Source: Eledone cirrhosa (Eukaryota). Taken from it: a DNA stretch of 64,000 nucleotides. Below, one piece after another: positions 1 to 64,000 of this stretch. The stretch covers positions 19,468,001 through 19,532,000 of the forward strand of contig OZ024760.1 of the NCBI GenBank assembly GCA_964016885.1. The letters run 5' to 3'. Both the position numbers and the translations under genes were made by a program. Positions within the stretch are counted from its first letter, which is position 1, and every line of letters starts with the position of its first letter. The notes under the pieces are model-generated. The model was not told the origin of the DNA, did not search any database, and saw only the letters and a list, made by a program, of their open reading frames with translations.

Positions 1-126
1 CTGGTCTTGTTAGAGGGTTTAATCAGATCAGTTGGAGATGGTTGCTTCTGACAGGACCCATTGGAAGGTGTGTTTGAGGACTCTGCCCCCTTGACCCACT
101 CAGGAATAAGTGGGAAAAGAAGAAGA
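1..126 (+). mobile_element. RTE-type LINE 3' end fragment
   Basis: Shares gttgcttctgacaggacc with 51869-52101 and ggactctgccccc..caggaataagtggg..(AAG)n with 21257-21478. Confidence 0.6.
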
Positions 127-503
127 CATATAGGATTGGTCAACCTATGTGACTGCATCACACCAAAAACTTGCCAAAAATACAAAAATGAAAGAATTTT
201 ACATACTATAAGATCAAAATGAAATTAATTTTATTTTCAGCCTTTCTAGATGCATGGAAAAATTATTGTTACGTTATAGTTTCGGATATAGCATTAAAGT
301 GTTTAGTTTTGAAAGGAATAAGGATGTAGATATTCAGTTTTTCTAGAGATATAGATGTTGTCAGCCTTGTACAAGGGCACATTACACAAAGAATCTTGCA
401 AAAAATACAAAAATGAAAGAATTATAAATACTATACCATGCAAATGTCATTAATTTTTGAAAGATTAATTTTAGTTTTTATCTTTTCACTTTTCAGAGCA
501 ATC

Positions 504-63156
<62,653 letters not shown>

Positions 63157-64000
63157 GTAAGAGTTTAGTGTTTAAATTAATTAGCAACTAAAATATAACA
63201 TTAGATTATATAATATATATACCGTAATATAACTATTTCTGCACAGAATTATGAAATCATTTATTTTAACAACATAGGTGATAATTCTAACCATGACAAT
63301 ATTTTCATGTATAATAGCTAATATGTATGGTTTATTCTAATAATCACAGATATATTCCTAATATCTCCATTAAAATATATACTTGATAATTAAATTGTTG
63401 GTTTCACTGTTGATTATATGAAATTGCCTCTGTTGAAATATATTTTGCTAATAGTAATAATGATGAATACAAACCAGAAATATACTCATAGGATATCAAT
63501 ATTTAATATTGATCACTAATCTTAACTGGTCACCTCAAATTTTAGCATGTTACACCTGGAAATTAAAAAGTTTATTTTATCTTAATATATTTGTACATTT
63601 TTCAGAAAATATCAACCATGTCTCTGATTCATTTTCTTATCTTCATCACATTTTTCTCTCTTATCCTCATTTATCAACTGGTTTACATTTTTACATGTTA
63701 AACACATTTTACTTTGGTTGATGTTCAGACTATATTGGTTTATCAATGATGTCATAGAATTTGTTGATTAATAAAATAATTAGACATATAAAGATTTCTG
63801 CTTGTGTAATGAGACTTACTTTCATCATATAAACCATTAGAATGATCAACTAGTAACATGTGTGCATTTAAATTTAATCTCTCACACACACACACCTATA
63901 TATACATATATATATATATATCCGTATGTGGTTGACATCTGAGAAAAGCGAGTACTCAATTCCGTGGTAGAATTTAAAAATTCATTTTATTAAGGCTAAA

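Noticed and set aside
166-460. ~65-bp imperfect direct repeat (cttgc.aaaaatacaaaaatgaaagaatt) upstream of two AG acceptors (240 and 496)
   Set aside because: The first acceptor has no convincing exon or donor; treated as an old local duplication

Overview
AT-rich animal genomic DNA, probably a mollusc and plausibly an octopus (inferred only from the kilobase-scale (TA)n arrays and the SINE/RTE repertoire). One + strand gene spans the whole window and runs off its right end. It encodes a secreted protein: a signal-peptide exon (ATG 504), two N-terminal microexons, three single-exon von Willebrand factor A (VWA) domains separated by 33-36 nt linker microexons, then an array of at least 27 intact 33-51 nt microexons (25 are exactly 39 nt) encoding Pro/Val/Thr-rich 13-mers such as APPPPVIPVEITT, plus 4 donor-dead pseudo-exons. 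Every internal exon is symmetric phase 1-1, so any subset splices in frame (about 988 codons in the window if all are included). All three VWA domains have His in place of the first MIDAS Asp. The distal array is expanding as a ~3.4-3.6 kb tandem unit with mosaic variants. Introns hold giant microsatellites, tRNA-derived SINEs with visible TSDs, RTE-type LINE 3' ends, TTAA-flanked MITEs, a hAT MITE and several long fold-back palindromes abutting (TA)n tracts. The ORF track misses nearly all microexons, and its long Tyr/Ile ORFs are microsatellite artefacts. All exon calls come from manual reading without transcript evidence.
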